Shown here piece after piece: positions 38,451 to 48,349 of a DNA stretch of 64,000 nucleotides. Both the position numbers and the translations under genes were made by a program. A model generated the notes under the pieces. That model searched no databases. It was given only the letters and a program-made list of their open reading frames with translations, and was not told the origin of the DNA. Source of the stretch: an uncultured Bacteroidales bacterium (lineage in GTDB: Bacteria > Bacteroidota > Bacteroidia > Bacteroidales > VadinHA17); assembly GCA_963791065.1 (NCBI GenBank), contig CAWBQN010000026.1:217-64216 (forward strand). Reading direction: 5' to 3'. The stretch's first letter is position 1; the number at the start of each line of letters is the position of its first letter.

Positions 38451-39716
38451 TCATCTTTTCAAAAGCACTTCTTTCTCGTACTTTACAATATCATCGATAT
38501 AGTCCTGCCCGGCCGGAACTTTATTCTTCATACAATAGTAATCATATACAGCGCCAAAAGGTTTAGTTTTCAGCAGTTCAAGGTAGCCGAGCCTCTCAAA
38601 ATTCCTTCCCTCCTCTTCAAACTTAACAAGTTTTTCATGAGGTTCAAGAAGTGCATACATAAATGCCATCTGAGCGGATCGTGTTCCAATTACATATGCG
38701 CCAATACGATTGAGACTGGCATCGAAAAAATCCAAACCGACATTTACCCTTCCCAGGGCTTTTGCCCTGACTATTTCCTGAGTAATAAGCAACAGTTCTT
38801 CATTGAAGGTGAGAACATGATCACTATCCCAGCGCACACCACGTGTCAGGTGCAGCAACAACTCATCAACATACTGAAGGATAGATGATACCTTATCACC
38901 TACCTGCTCAGTGGGATGAAAATGACCATTATCCAGGGTAATCATAATATTGTTTCTGACAGCGTAGCCAAGATAGAAGTCGTGAGATCCTACAACCATA
39001 GATTCAGATCCGATGCCGAACAATTTGCTCTCAACTGAATCCTTCAGCTGTTCTTTGGGATATTTAACCGAAAAGATCTCATCAAGAGATTTCTTCAATA
39101 GTTTCCGCAGAGTATTCCTGTCAACCGGGGAATCCTTCATACCGTCAGGGATCCAGATATTATGAACTGCCGGGGTTCCGAGTTGTTTTCCCATTTCAGC
39201 TCCGATTGCCCTGCAACGTTTTGTATGTTCAACCCAGAATTTCCTGATTTTCTCATTTTTACTTGAAAGAGTAAAGCCTTCGTCAGCCAGGGGATGTGAG
39301 AAACAGGTACAGTTGAAATCAAGTCCAATGCCGCGTTGCTTAGCCCAGTCGATCCATCCCTGAAAATGTTTTGGCTCGATCTGATCGCGATCAATCAGTT
39401 TTCCACCAAATTCACCATAAATTGCATGCAGATTTAATCTCTGTTTGCCTGGAAGAAGCGACATAACCTTATCAAGATCAGATCTCATCTGTTCTATTGT
39501 TCTTGCTTTGCCAGGGAAATTTCCGGTAGCCTGAATACCTCCACCTCCAAGGACTGAGCCGGGTTTTTCAAAACCACCAACATCATCTGTCTGCCAGCAA
39601 TGCAAGCTGATAATTATCTTATCCATTTCAGAAATTACTCTGTCGGTGTCAACTCCCAGTTCGGCATATTGTTCCTTTGCCAGCTGATATGCTTTTTCGA
39701 TGATCTCCTTTTTCAT
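38451..39716 (-). CDS. rhaA: L-rhamnose isomerase
   Basis: ISLHCWQTDDVGGFE, TGNFPGKAR, RLNLHAIY, NIWIPDG, VESKLFGIGSES, GHFHPTE, GVRWDSDHV, GLDFFDASLNR. Confidence 0.96.
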   Translation of the reverse strand: MKKEIIEKAYQLAKEQYAELGVDTDRVISEMDKIIISLHCWQTDDVGGFEKPGSVLGGGGIQATGNFPGKARTIEQMRSDLDKVMSLLPGKQRLNLHAIYGEFGGKLIDRDQIEPKHFQGWIDWAKQRGIGLDFNCTCFSHPLADEGFTLSSKNEKIRKFWVEHTKRCRAIGAEMGKQLGTPAVHNIWIPDGMKDSPVDRNTLRKLLKKSLDEIFSVKYPKEQLKDSVESKLFGIGSESMVVGSHDFYLGYAVRNNIMITLDNGHFHPTEQVGDKVSSILQYVDELLLHLTRGVRWDSDHVLTFNEELLLITQEIVRAKALGRVNVGLDFFDASLNRIGAYVIGTRSAQMAFMYALLEPHEKLVKFEEEGRNFERLGYLELLKTKPFGAVYDYYCMKNKVPAGQDYIDDIVKYEKEVLLKR

Positions 39717-39848
39717 ATTCGAGATTATTAAAACTACTTATTACTACTTATTAAGACTTTATACTTTTACTACCTTATTCTCTTTCTTTTCTTGCCATTG
39801 TTACCGCTTAGGCGGGACAAATTAAAATTTATTAGATGTATGGTTTTT

Positions 39849-39949
39849 CCTTTGTGTTCCTTTGTGATGTACTTTGTGGTTCTATGTTTTAAATTTTACC
39901 ACAAAGGCACTCAATCCCGAGTACTCGGGATCACAAAGGCCACAAAGGA
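39849..39949. repeat. CACAAAG-unit hairpin element with an embedded 18-bp palindrome
   Basis: (CTTTGTG)x3 ... (CACAAAGG)x3, with ATCCCGAGTACTCGGGAT at 39914-39931. Confidence 0.7.
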
Positions 39950-39985
39950 CTTTTTCAACATCCCCACCGTTCAACGGAGGGGGCT

Positions 39986-40306
39986 TTACTCCATATAAAA
40001 AACCTGTTCCAGAGGAATTGTAACCGGAGAACTATCTTCATTTATCTCCATAATATCTGCCATATACTTCCACCACTTCTTAACAGTTTCGGTATTCCCG
40101 AGATCCTGAGAAGAACTTTCACCCGATTGTTCCTGATAGGCAAAAAGAGTATTGGTCTCCTCATCAAGGAATATTGAATAGTTCCCGATACCTTCATTTT
40201 TCAAAAGCCGCACAAGTTCGGGCCATATATCGCTATGCCGTTTCTTGTACTCCTCCCTGAAACCCGGAAGCATTTTCATTTTAAAGCCAAATCTCTTTGT
40301 TTCCAT
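39986..40306 (-). CDS. rhaM: L-rhamnose mutarotase
   Basis: EYKKRHSDIWPEL, NYSIFLDE, KKWWKYMADIME, PLEQVFYME. Confidence 0.95.
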   Translation of the reverse strand: METKRFGFKMKMLPGFREEYKKRHSDIWPELVRLLKNEGIGNYSIFLDEETNTLFAYQEQSGESSSQDLGNTETVKKWWKYMADIMEINEDSSPVTIPLEQVFYME

Positions 40307-40311
40307 ATTAT

Positions 40312-41340
40312 CTAGCCCAATTTTACAACAAAGGTGGAAAGAATAAGGATCATAATACCCACAGACAATACAATCAGAGTTTTCCTTTTAGCCCCTTTCC
40401 ATTCATTCAGGAAGATTCCCCATATATTGCTTATCGCGATGTTAAGTGCCATCAATATACTCCACCCAAAAACGGCCATTCCCTGCGGAAGCTTACTTGA
40501 TCCCATTCCGAAAAAATGAAACTGCAGGAACCACAGGAATCCTGCCAGGAAGGTAAAGAAGAGATTATTCAGCAGAACACTGCCAGAGACAGAAAAATAA
40601 TCCCGGTAGGTTTTATTTTTGATATTCAGGAACCCGCAGTAAACCAGGTTAGTAATAAAGCCTCCCAGGAGAATAAAAATGAGAGTGGGATTTTTTTGAA
40701 ATAGCGGATTCGTACCATGAGCCAATGCCACAGCTTCTATGGGTTTACCCGATTCAAAACCGAAGTTAAAACACGCGCTCATCACACCTGCGAAGACGGC
40801 AATAAAAATTCCTTTCTTCAAAGCAAATTCCTTGACCGCTGCTCTCTTCTCTTCCTCAGTCATTTCCCTTCCCTTAAGTGCGCCTGCATATCCAATGACT
40901 GCAATTCCGACGACCGTAATAGACACCCCGATAATTGTTAATATCCCTGCTGTGGACGAAAAAAGATTGTCCCCGGCAATTACAGGAGGAATTAAAGTTC
41001 CGAATGCAGCACATAACCCCAGCGCAATACTCTGCCCCAAAGCAACTCCCAGGAATCGTATACTTAATCCGAACGTTAATCCGCCGAAACCCCACAGAGC
41101 ACCAAAAAACATAGCCATAAGCTTGGCCCTGGAAGGTGCTTCGTGAATTATTGAAAAGAGTTCTCCTCTTGGAACAAAAATAAATGCAAACAAAACAGGT
41201 GCTATCAGCCATGCTGCAACTCCCTGAGTTATCCAGTACGATTCCCAGGCCCAGGACTTTACTTTCTTAAACGGTACATAAAAACTTGCGGCGCCAATGC
41301 TGCCCAGAGCAATAAGTAAGATACCGGTAAATGGATTCAT
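40312..41340 (-). CDS. rhaT: L-rhamnose/proton symporter
   Basis: ASFYVPFKKVKSWAWESYW, GALWGFGGLTFGL, FGTLIPP, GVMSACF, WGIFLNEWKG. Confidence 0.95.
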   Translation of the reverse strand: MNPFTGILLIALGSIGAASFYVPFKKVKSWAWESYWITQGVAAWLIAPVLFAFIFVPRGELFSIIHEAPSRAKLMAMFFGALWGFGGLTFGLSIRFLGVALGQSIALGLCAAFGTLIPPVIAGDNLFSSTAGILTIIGVSITVVGIAVIGYAGALKGREMTEEEKRAAVKEFALKKGIFIAVFAGVMSACFNFGFESGKPIEAVALAHGTNPLFQKNPTLIFILLGGFITNLVYCGFLNIKNKTYRDYFSVSGSVLLNNLFFTFLAGFLWFLQFHFFGMGSSKLPQGMAVFGWSILMALNIAISNIWGIFLNEWKGAKRKTLIVLSVGIMILILSTFVVKLG

Positions 41341-41466
41341 TAAAAATATTTAATAAGAGTGATCTGCAATTTATAAACTTTCAGCCATGAAAAAGACATT
41401 TCAGATATTTTTTTATTATGACAATTTTTTATATCCTTGATATTAATTACCAATCCTTCTGAAATC

Positions 41467-44193
41467 ATGAAATCAATCAGGCTCACGCTTATTTTACTAT
41501 CCCTTTTCGGAGTTGCTGCTGCCCAGGATCTGTCATTAAAAGACCTGACAGTGGAGCATAAGATAAATCCTGTCGGGATCGGTAATAAACAGCCACGATT
41601 CTCCTGGAAGATTACCGCTACCGGGAATAATATATTTCAAACCGGATATTTTTTGAAAGTTGCGACGGACAATAAATTTTCAAATATTGTCTGGCAATCG
41701 GGAAAGATTATTTCCGAAGAATCTGTACTTCAACCCTATCTCGGCCCTGACCTTCAGTCATCACAGAGATATTTCTGGCAGGTAAAAATATGGGATAACA
41801 GTGGAAAAGAATCTAAATGGTCTGAAACAGCCTATTGGGAAATGGGCTTGCTCTCACAATCTGAGTGGAAGGCAAAATGGATTGAACTGGCAAACGATAC
41901 TGCCAGATATTCCCCTTCACCGTATTTCAGAAAAGAATTCCCGGTAACCCGGAAAATTGCAGCTGCAAGAATATATGTAACGTCTCATGGCTTTTATGAA
42001 CTACAGCTGAACGGTAAAAAGGTCGGAGACCAGGTGCTTACTCCGGGGTGGACCTCTTATAGCAAAAGACTTCAGTATCAGGTATATGATGTAACTAATC
42101 TGCTCATAAACGGTAATAATGCAGTTGGTGCGGTACTTGGCGATGGCTGGTACCGGGGAACATTGGCCTGGGGAGATAACTGGGCAGTTTATGGAAAAAG
42201 GTCCGGCCTCCTCTTTCAGTTGAAGATCACCTATACGGATGGTTCCTCATCTCTCATTGTAAGCGATGAATCATGGAAAGTTTCCCTCAATGGACCTGTC
42301 AGAATGAATGATATTTATAACGGGGAGACATTCGACGCAACGAAAATACTTACCGGATGGGATAAACCGGGGTATGATGATAAAAACTGGCTGGCTGTTA
42401 ATACGGGAGATTACAATAACATCAACCTGATAGCTTCTGAAGGTTCACCGGTAAGAAAAATTCAGGAAATAAAGCCAGTAAGAATATTCAGGACTCCTAA
42501 AGGAGATCTCGTTGCTGATATGGGTCAGAACATGGTTGGCTGGATACGGCTCAGGGTTTCGGGTGATAAAGGAACTGTTGTCACTTTAAGGCACGCAGAA
42601 GTACTGGATAAATACGGTGAATTTTATACTACAAACCTTCGTGCAGCAAAATGCCAGCTCACTTATACTCTTGCCGGTACAGGCGAAGAAATCTATGAAC
42701 CCATGTTTACTTTTATGGGATTCAGATTTGTCGAAGTCACCGGATTTCCAGGTGAACTTAAACCTGATGATCTTACAGGTGTGGTCGTTCATTCAGATAT
42801 GCCTGTTACGGGAAAGTTTGAGTGCTCCAATCCACTTGTCAATCAGCTGCAGCATAACATACAATGGGGTCAAAAGGGCAATTTTGTTGATGTTCCGACT
42901 GATTGTCCGCAGAGGGACGAGCGTCTTGGCTGGACCGGAGATGCCCAGGCATTCTGCAGAACAGCAGCATTTAACATGGATGTATCATCATTTTTTACAA
43001 AGTGGTTAAAGGATGTTGCAGCTGACCAGAAACCCGGGGGGGAGGTGCCTGATGTTATACCCGACATCCTGAACAGACAGGATGCTGTAACTGTGCAGCC
43101 ATCAGCTGGCTGGGGCGATGTTTCAGTTATTGCGCCATGGACCATGTACACGGTATACGGTGATAAAAATTTTCTTGAAAATCAATATAAAAGCATGAAA
43201 TCATGGGTCGAGTACATAAGAAAAAAGGCCGGAGACAGCTATATATGGAAAGACGGTAGCAAATACGGAGACTGGTTATTCTATCATCCGCCCGTTAATA
43301 ATCACACTGAACATGATGGTTATACTGATCACGATTTTATTGCAACGGCATTTTATGCATATTCAACAAGTATCCTTGCAGAAGCCGCAACGGCTCTGGG
43401 TAAGACCGATGATGCACAAATGTACTCGGACCTTTTCAACAAAATCAAAGAAGTCTTTATAAATGAATATGTCACAGACGCCGGCAGAGTCGGTACAAAT
43501 TCGCAGACATCGTATGTACTTGCTCTGAAGTTCAAACTTTTACCTGAACTTCTTCGCAGCAAAGCTGCCGGATTTCTTGCAAAGGATATAAGAGAGAGAG
43601 GCAATCACCTCTCGACTGGTTTTCTGGGCACACCCTACCTGTGCTTTATATTATCCGATAATGGATATACTGACCTTGCTTATGACCTGTTGCTGCAGGA
43701 AGAATACCCCTCGTGGCTGTATCCGGTAACTATGGGTGCCACTACGATATGGGAAAGATGGGACGGAGAAAAGACCGACAGCACTTTCCAGGACCCGGGG
43801 ATGAATTCCTTTAACCATTATGCCTATGGCGCAATCGGTGATTGGATGTATAGAGTATCAGCAGGTGTTGAGACGATGGGACCGGGATATAAGCATATCA
43901 TTATTCAGCCGCATCCGTCTCAGAAACTTACGTATTCCAAAGCTTCTTTTGAAAGCTCATATGGTACTATTGCTTCAGGCTGGGAAAGAAAAGACGGGAA
44001 AATAATCGTGAAAGTGAAAATACCTGCTAATACGACGGCTACAATTTTATTGCCAGTGTCGGATCAGAATAAAGTAACTGAAAATGGTAAGGTACTTTCA
44101 GCGAACCCTTATCTGAAAGATATAAAATTCTCTGACAATAAACTTTCACTGCAAACGGGTTCAGGTGAGTATAGTTTTGAAATAACAGATTAA
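41467..44193 (+). CDS. Secreted alpha-L-rhamnosidase (GH78)
   Basis: Signal AAA|QD; PRFSWK, DMGQNMVGW, PTDCPQRDERLGWTGDAQ, GATTIWERWD, SFNHYAYG. Likely start 41467. Confidence 0.94.
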   Translation: MKSIRLTLILLSLFGVAAAQDLSLKDLTVEHKINPVGIGNKQPRFSWKITATGNNIFQTGYFLKVATDNKFSNIVWQSGKIISEESVLQPYLGPDLQSSQRYFWQVKIWDNSGKESKWSETAYWEMGLLSQSEWKAKWIELANDTARYSPSPYFRKEFPVTRKIAAARIYVTSHGFYELQLNGKKVGDQVLTPGWTSYSKRLQYQVYDVTNLLINGNNAVGAVLGDGWYRGTLAWGDNWAVYGKRSGLLFQLKITYTDGSSSLIVSDESWKVSLNGPVRMNDIYNGETFDATKILTGWDKPGYDDKNWLAVNTGDYNNINLIASEGSPVRKIQEIKPVRIFRTPKGDLVADMGQNMVGWIRLRVSGDKGTVVTLRHAEVLDKYGEFYTTNLRAAKCQLTYTLAGTGEEIYEPMFTFMGFRFVEVTGFPGELKPDDLTGVVVHSDMPVTGKFECSNPLVNQLQHNIQWGQKGNFVDVPTDCPQRDERLGWTGDAQAFCRTAAFNMDVSSFFTKWLKDVAADQKPGGEVPDVIPDILNRQDAVTVQPSAGWGDVSVIAPWTMYTVYGDKNFLENQYKSMKSWVEYIRKKAGDSYIWKDGSKYGDWLFYHPPVNNHTEHDGYTDHDFIATAFYAYSTSILAEAATALGKTDDAQMYSDLFNKIKEVFINEYVTDAGRVGTNSQTSYVLALKFKLLPELLRSKAAGFLAKDIRERGNHLSTGFLGTPYLCFILSDNGYTDLAYDLLLQEEYPSWLYPVTMGATTIWERWDGEKTDSTFQDPGMNSFNHYAYGAIGDWMYRVSAGVETMGPGYKHIIIQPHPSQKLTYSKASFESSYGTIASGWERKDGKIIVKVKIPANTTATILLPVSDQNKVTENGKVLSANPYLKDIKFSDNKLSLQTGSGEYSFEITD

Positions 44194-44221
44194 TTAATTG
44201 TAGAGACGCCCATTCCTATTA

Positions 44222-44524
44222 TTATACTTGGACGCTGTGAATCTTTTTTAATATATCTATTACCTCAAAATTCGGACGGATTTTATCAGCGAATCCCAGG
44301 TATCGTTTCGCTCCGCCACATTTAACTGATTCGGCACTGAAAGCCAGGGATTCTCCAGATCGGACTTTTTGAAGCTGACAAATAATGCAGCTCCATTTCC
44401 CGGATGGTGAGACAACTGTTGCATTCCCCGGATCGTCTGTATAATAGAATGTTATCGGAAGAAAAGCATTGTTAAAATACTTCTTCCATTTCTCAATAAA
44501 ACGATCTCTGATTTCAACATTCAT
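44222..44524 (-). pseudogene. Truncated DUF169-like protein (N-terminal part only)
   Basis: KWKKYF..LPITFYY, CIICQL..VRSG..LAF, CGGAKRYLGF...PNFE resembles the DUF169 N-terminus but ends after 100 aa next to a REP remnant (GTAGAGACGCC, ~44200). Confidence 0.55.
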
Positions 44525-44549
44525 AAGTTGATTCTATTAATAATATTTT

Positions 44550-44689
44550 TTAACCGCAAAGAACGCAAAGCTCACATTTAATAAAACTTTCGCTTATCAA
44601 ACTGCAAAGAACGCAAAGTTAAAGCCAAATCTCTTAACCCTTTGCGAACTTTGTACAAAATCTTTGCGAACTCTGCGGTTAATGGATTT
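44550..44689. repeat. CGCAAAG-unit hairpin element, copy 2
   Basis: TTAACCGCAAAGAACGCAAAG ... CTTTGCGAACTCTGCGGTTAATGGATTT. Confidence 0.8.
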
Positions 44690-44740
44690 CGTTTTATATT
44701 TTTAAGGCCTTTAAAGATAATCAGGTATATCCTAATATAA

Positions 44741-45643
44741 ATGAGTTTTTTCAATAATCATATTGGTGAATTTGCCGCCCTTCTAACTGCATTTTTCTGG
44801 ACTATTACATCACTTTCATTTGAATCGGCAAGCAACAGGATCGGCTCGGTAGCTGTTAATGTTCTCCGGCTTGTCATTGGCCTGGCCTTCCTGAGTATAT
44901 ATACGCTTATTCGCCGGGGCTTGTTACTGCCTGTTGATGCCTCTTCAGAAAACTGGATATGGCTGTCATTGTCGGGACTGGTCGGATTTGTATTCGGAGA
45001 TCTTTTTCTTTTTAAATCATATACTGTGATTGGCTCGAGGTTCTCAATGCTGATCATGACCCTGGTCCCTCCCATAACTGCGTTCTTCAGCTTCATCATT
45101 CTGGGGGAACGGCTTACACTGTTCCATTATCTGGGTATGGCTCTGACCTTTATCGGAATCGCAATGGCAATTTTCAGTCGTCCCTCTAAAGGAGAAAAGC
45201 TTTCGTTGAAACTCGCACCAAGGGGAATCCTGTATGCCTTCGGCGGTGCGGTCGGACAGGCGCTTGGACTTGTTCTGAGCAAGTTTGGAATGAAGAATTA
45301 CGATCCGTTTGCCGCTACCCAGATAAGGATCATCGCAGGAGTGATCGGATATTCTCTCCTGGTTACAATTTTGTCAAGATGGATATATGTAAAAAAGGCA
45401 ACCGGGAATAAATCAGCTATGATACAAACCAGTGTGGGAGCATTTTTTGGACCTTTTCTGGGTGTATCATTTTCACTTATAGCGGTCAAATATACGGAGG
45501 CTGGAATTGCATCAACGATCATGGCCCTGGTTCCGGTTTTCATAATACTCCCGGCTGTTATATTATATAAGCAGAAAGTTACGGTTCCTGAAGTATTGGG
45601 AGCAATAGTGAGTGTTGCGGGCGTTGCCTTATTTTTTCTTTAG
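44741..45643 (+). CDS. DMT/EamA family transporter
   Basis: About 10 TM helices in two EamA repeats; LSGLVGFVFGDLFLF, ILGERL. Confidence 0.9.
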   Translation: MSFFNNHIGEFAALLTAFFWTITSLSFESASNRIGSVAVNVLRLVIGLAFLSIYTLIRRGLLLPVDASSENWIWLSLSGLVGFVFGDLFLFKSYTVIGSRFSMLIMTLVPPITAFFSFIILGERLTLFHYLGMALTFIGIAMAIFSRPSKGEKLSLKLAPRGILYAFGGAVGQALGLVLSKFGMKNYDPFAATQIRIIAGVIGYSLLVTILSRWIYVKKATGNKSAMIQTSVGAFFGPFLGVSFSLIAVKYTEAGIASTIMALVPVFIILPAVILYKQKVTVPEVLGAIVSVAGVALFFL

Positions 45644-45660
45644 TTCAACTACAGAAAGCT

Positions 45661-46086
45661 ATGAACTCAGAAGAGCTTAAAAACCGCGGTATCGAAAATG
45701 AATTTATCTATTCAACCTCCAGGAGCAGCGGCCCGGGCGGACAAAACGTCAATAAGGTCAGCACAAAGGTTGAGTTACGGTTTAACCTTTTTTTATCACC
45801 TGGTTTTTCTGAACACGAAAAAGAGATACTATTTAAAAAATTTAAGAACAGGATCAATAAGCAAAGTGAAATTATACTTGTCTCACAATCAGAGAGAACG
45901 CAGTTAAAGAATAAGCTGGCTGTAACTGAAAAGTTCTACGATCTTGTTTCAAAGGCGCTTACCACGCAAAAAAAGCGCACTTCGACCCGGCCCACATTGT
46001 CATCAAAAATCAGGCGACTCGAAGGAAAGCGCATCAGGGGAATAATTAAAAAGATGCGAAAAAACTCGGGGGAGTCAGCAGATTAG
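45661..46086 (+). CDS. arfB: Alternative ribosome rescue factor B (peptidyl-tRNA hydrolase)
   Basis: SRSSGPGGQNVNKVSTKVELRF, SERTQLKNK, basic tail KRTSTRPTLSSKIRRLEGK. Confidence 0.93.
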   Translation: MNSEELKNRGIENEFIYSTSRSSGPGGQNVNKVSTKVELRFNLFLSPGFSEHEKEILFKKFKNRINKQSEIILVSQSERTQLKNKLAVTEKFYDLVSKALTTQKKRTSTRPTLSSKIRRLEGKRIRGIIKKMRKNSGESAD

Positions 46087-46101
46087 ACTTCAGGAACATA
46101 A

Positions 46102-46230
46102 TTTAGGAGGCTGTCTCAAAAGTTCTCTGTGAAACTCAGTGGTCTCAGTGTAAGTTCTTAATTATTTGTTACACAGAGTGACACAGAGAAATCAGTACTT
46201 CAATTTATGCTTTTAAGACACCCTCCTAAA
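46102..46230. mobile_element. 129-bp MITE-like element with 21-bp terminal inverted repeats
   Basis: TTTAGGAGGCTGTCTCAAAAG (46102-46122) versus the reverse complement of 46210-46230, TTTAGGAGGGTGTCTTAAAAG (19/21 match). The interior carries CTCTGTG/CACAGAG units. Confidence 0.6.
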
Positions 46231-46251
46231 GGTTACTTCCGGAAGCTTTTA

Positions 46252-47676
46252 CTAAACATCTTTGAGTTTCCATTTTCCTCTCCTGAAAACCAGCCAGGCA
46301 ATAATTGTCATCAGAGATTCAGCTACTACGATGGCGATAAATACTCCTTCTTCCCTGAACCCTGCTTTTATTGCCAGCAGCCATGCAAGGGAAATTTCAA
46401 TAACCCAGAACGCCAAAATATTTATTTTTAAGGGAGTGGATGTGTCACCGGCACCATTGAAAGAATTCACCAGGACCATTCCAAGTCCATATGCTACAAA
46501 ACCGATGCTTAAGATCCGAAGGCCAAGTACACCCGTTTTTATTACGTTCTCGTTCTCAATGAAAATCCGTATGAATGTTTCAGGAAAAAGGAATAGGATC
46601 AAGCCTATAATGCCAAGTAAGATCATGTTTATCCAACCAGTCACCCAGACAGCTCTTTCCGCCCTGTCAGGTTTTTTTGCTCCAAGATTCTGACCGACAA
46701 GTGTTGAAGCAGCATTACTTATCCCCCATGAAGGCAATAATGTAAATCCTATGATCCTGATTGCGATTGTATAACCGGCAACCACTTCACTGCCATAGAT
46801 TGAAAGAATTCGTACCAGGGCTATCCAGCTTGTTGTCCCGATAAGGTTCTGACCTATACTGCCAAATGATAGTTTTAACAGCTTTAGCATTATTTTGAAG
46901 TTTACTGAAAGGTGCTTTATTGAAAGCCGTATCCGTTTCTTCCCGAAAAACAGAAGATAGAACTGGACAAGTACCGCAGTTCCTCTTCCAACGTTGGTAG
47001 CAATAGCAGCTCCGGTAACTCCCATATGGGGAAATGGCCCGATTCCAAAGATCAGGCACGGATCAAGAATTATATTGATTATATTTCCGATCCACAGTAC
47101 CTTCATTGCTACAGCTGCATCACCGGCACTTCTGAATATGGCATTAATAATAAAAAGCATCATTATGACTATATTGCCACCAAGCATTATCATGGTGTAG
47201 CCCGACATATTATCAATAATTAGCTTTGAGGCACCCATCATCTCAAGAAGTTTTTTCGAGAATAATGCTCCGGGTAATCCTATCAGAACTGAAACAACTA
47301 TGCCGGTCAGAATAGCCTGAATGGCTGTGACAGATGCCGCGTCAGGATTCTTTTCACCTATCCTCCGGGAAACCATTGACGTAGTGGCTGTACCCAGACC
47401 AATAGCAATTGCATATATTACTGTTACAATCGATTCCGTCAGACCGACAGTTGCGACTGCATTAGCTCCGAGTTTGGATACAAAATATATATCAACTATA
47501 ACGAAAACAGATTCCATTACCATTTCAAGAACGGCAGGTATTGAAAGCAGCAGGATTGCGCGGCTCAGTTTGCCTTCAGTAAAATCCTGTTCTGATCCTG
47601 ATACTGCCTCAGCGACATCCCTGAAAAAGGATTTTAATCTGCTCCCAATTATACTATGTGTATTTTCAGAATTCAT
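46252..47676 (-). CDS. MATE family efflux transporter
   Basis: 12 TM pattern; AILLLSIPAVLEM, VDIYFVSKLG, NIILDPCLIFG..GVTGAAIAT, GQNLGAKKPDRAE. Likely start 47676. Confidence 0.94.
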   Translation of the reverse strand: MNSENTHSIIGSRLKSFFRDVAEAVSGSEQDFTEGKLSRAILLLSIPAVLEMVMESVFVIVDIYFVSKLGANAVATVGLTESIVTVIYAIAIGLGTATTSMVSRRIGEKNPDAASVTAIQAILTGIVVSVLIGLPGALFSKKLLEMMGASKLIIDNMSGYTMIMLGGNIVIMMLFIINAIFRSAGDAAVAMKVLWIGNIINIILDPCLIFGIGPFPHMGVTGAAIATNVGRGTAVLVQFYLLFFGKKRIRLSIKHLSVNFKIMLKLLKLSFGSIGQNLIGTTSWIALVRILSIYGSEVVAGYTIAIRIIGFTLLPSWGISNAASTLVGQNLGAKKPDRAERAVWVTGWINMILLGIIGLILFLFPETFIRIFIENENVIKTGVLGLRILSIGFVAYGLGMVLVNSFNGAGDTSTPLKINILAFWVIEISLAWLLAIKAGFREEGVFIAIVVAESLMTIIAWLVFRRGKWKLKDV

Positions 47677-48349
47677 AAGCAATATTCAGATGACCGGTAA
47701 TTGAATCGTAATCCCTTTCAAAAAAGCCTCGCAGTTTAAATATCTTACTTAAAGAAAGTGAAGTTTAAAAAAACTCAAAATTATCAAAAAGGATCACAAA
47801 ATACATCATGTTCAATTTGTGAAGTTCATGAACAGCTTAAGTAAGAATAATCCGGAAATTCGAAAGAAAGTTGATTCAAATCAAACATTTTTCTACTTTT
47901 CTCGTTAAAGGACAATTAATTTGGATGTCGATTCCTGGTTATGGAAAGTCAGTAAAATAAGTTATTGAAGCTGATATTATTTAGGAAGGATAATTTTATA
48001 AGCTTTCGCAAAAGAATCGAGATGTAGAAATGAGAAGGCTTTAAAGCAAATATGATGATAGTTTTACTTAGATTCGAAAAATTTATATCAAAAAAGTACC
48101 AGATTGAATTTAATTACTGTCATGAATTCAAATCGACTTATAATATTATTAATCAGTTATTTAGACTAAGAGGAGACCAGGCTGAAAATATCGATTGTTA
48201 ATAAAATGCTAATAGTGTTAATATTTCTGGCGGTCGAATGATACTTTGTATTTATAGATTATATATTTTCGTGACTAATTATTTTAAATAAACAGTATTA
48301 ATTTAAAAAATCAAATTAAAAGAAAAGGTGAAAATTTTCATCATCCGTT

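Noticed and set aside
39961-39985. Hairpin CCCCACCGTTCAACGGAGGGG resembling an IS200/IS605 end
   Set aside because: No tnpA/tnpB or second end nearby; more simply a stem-loop just after rhaM.
47765-47809. Phe-rich 14-aa ORF (MMYFVILFDNFEFF) upstream of the MATE gene as an attenuator leader
   Set aside because: Expected by chance in T-rich DNA; no terminator/antiterminator pair was seen and the downstream gene is unrelated to Phe synthesis.
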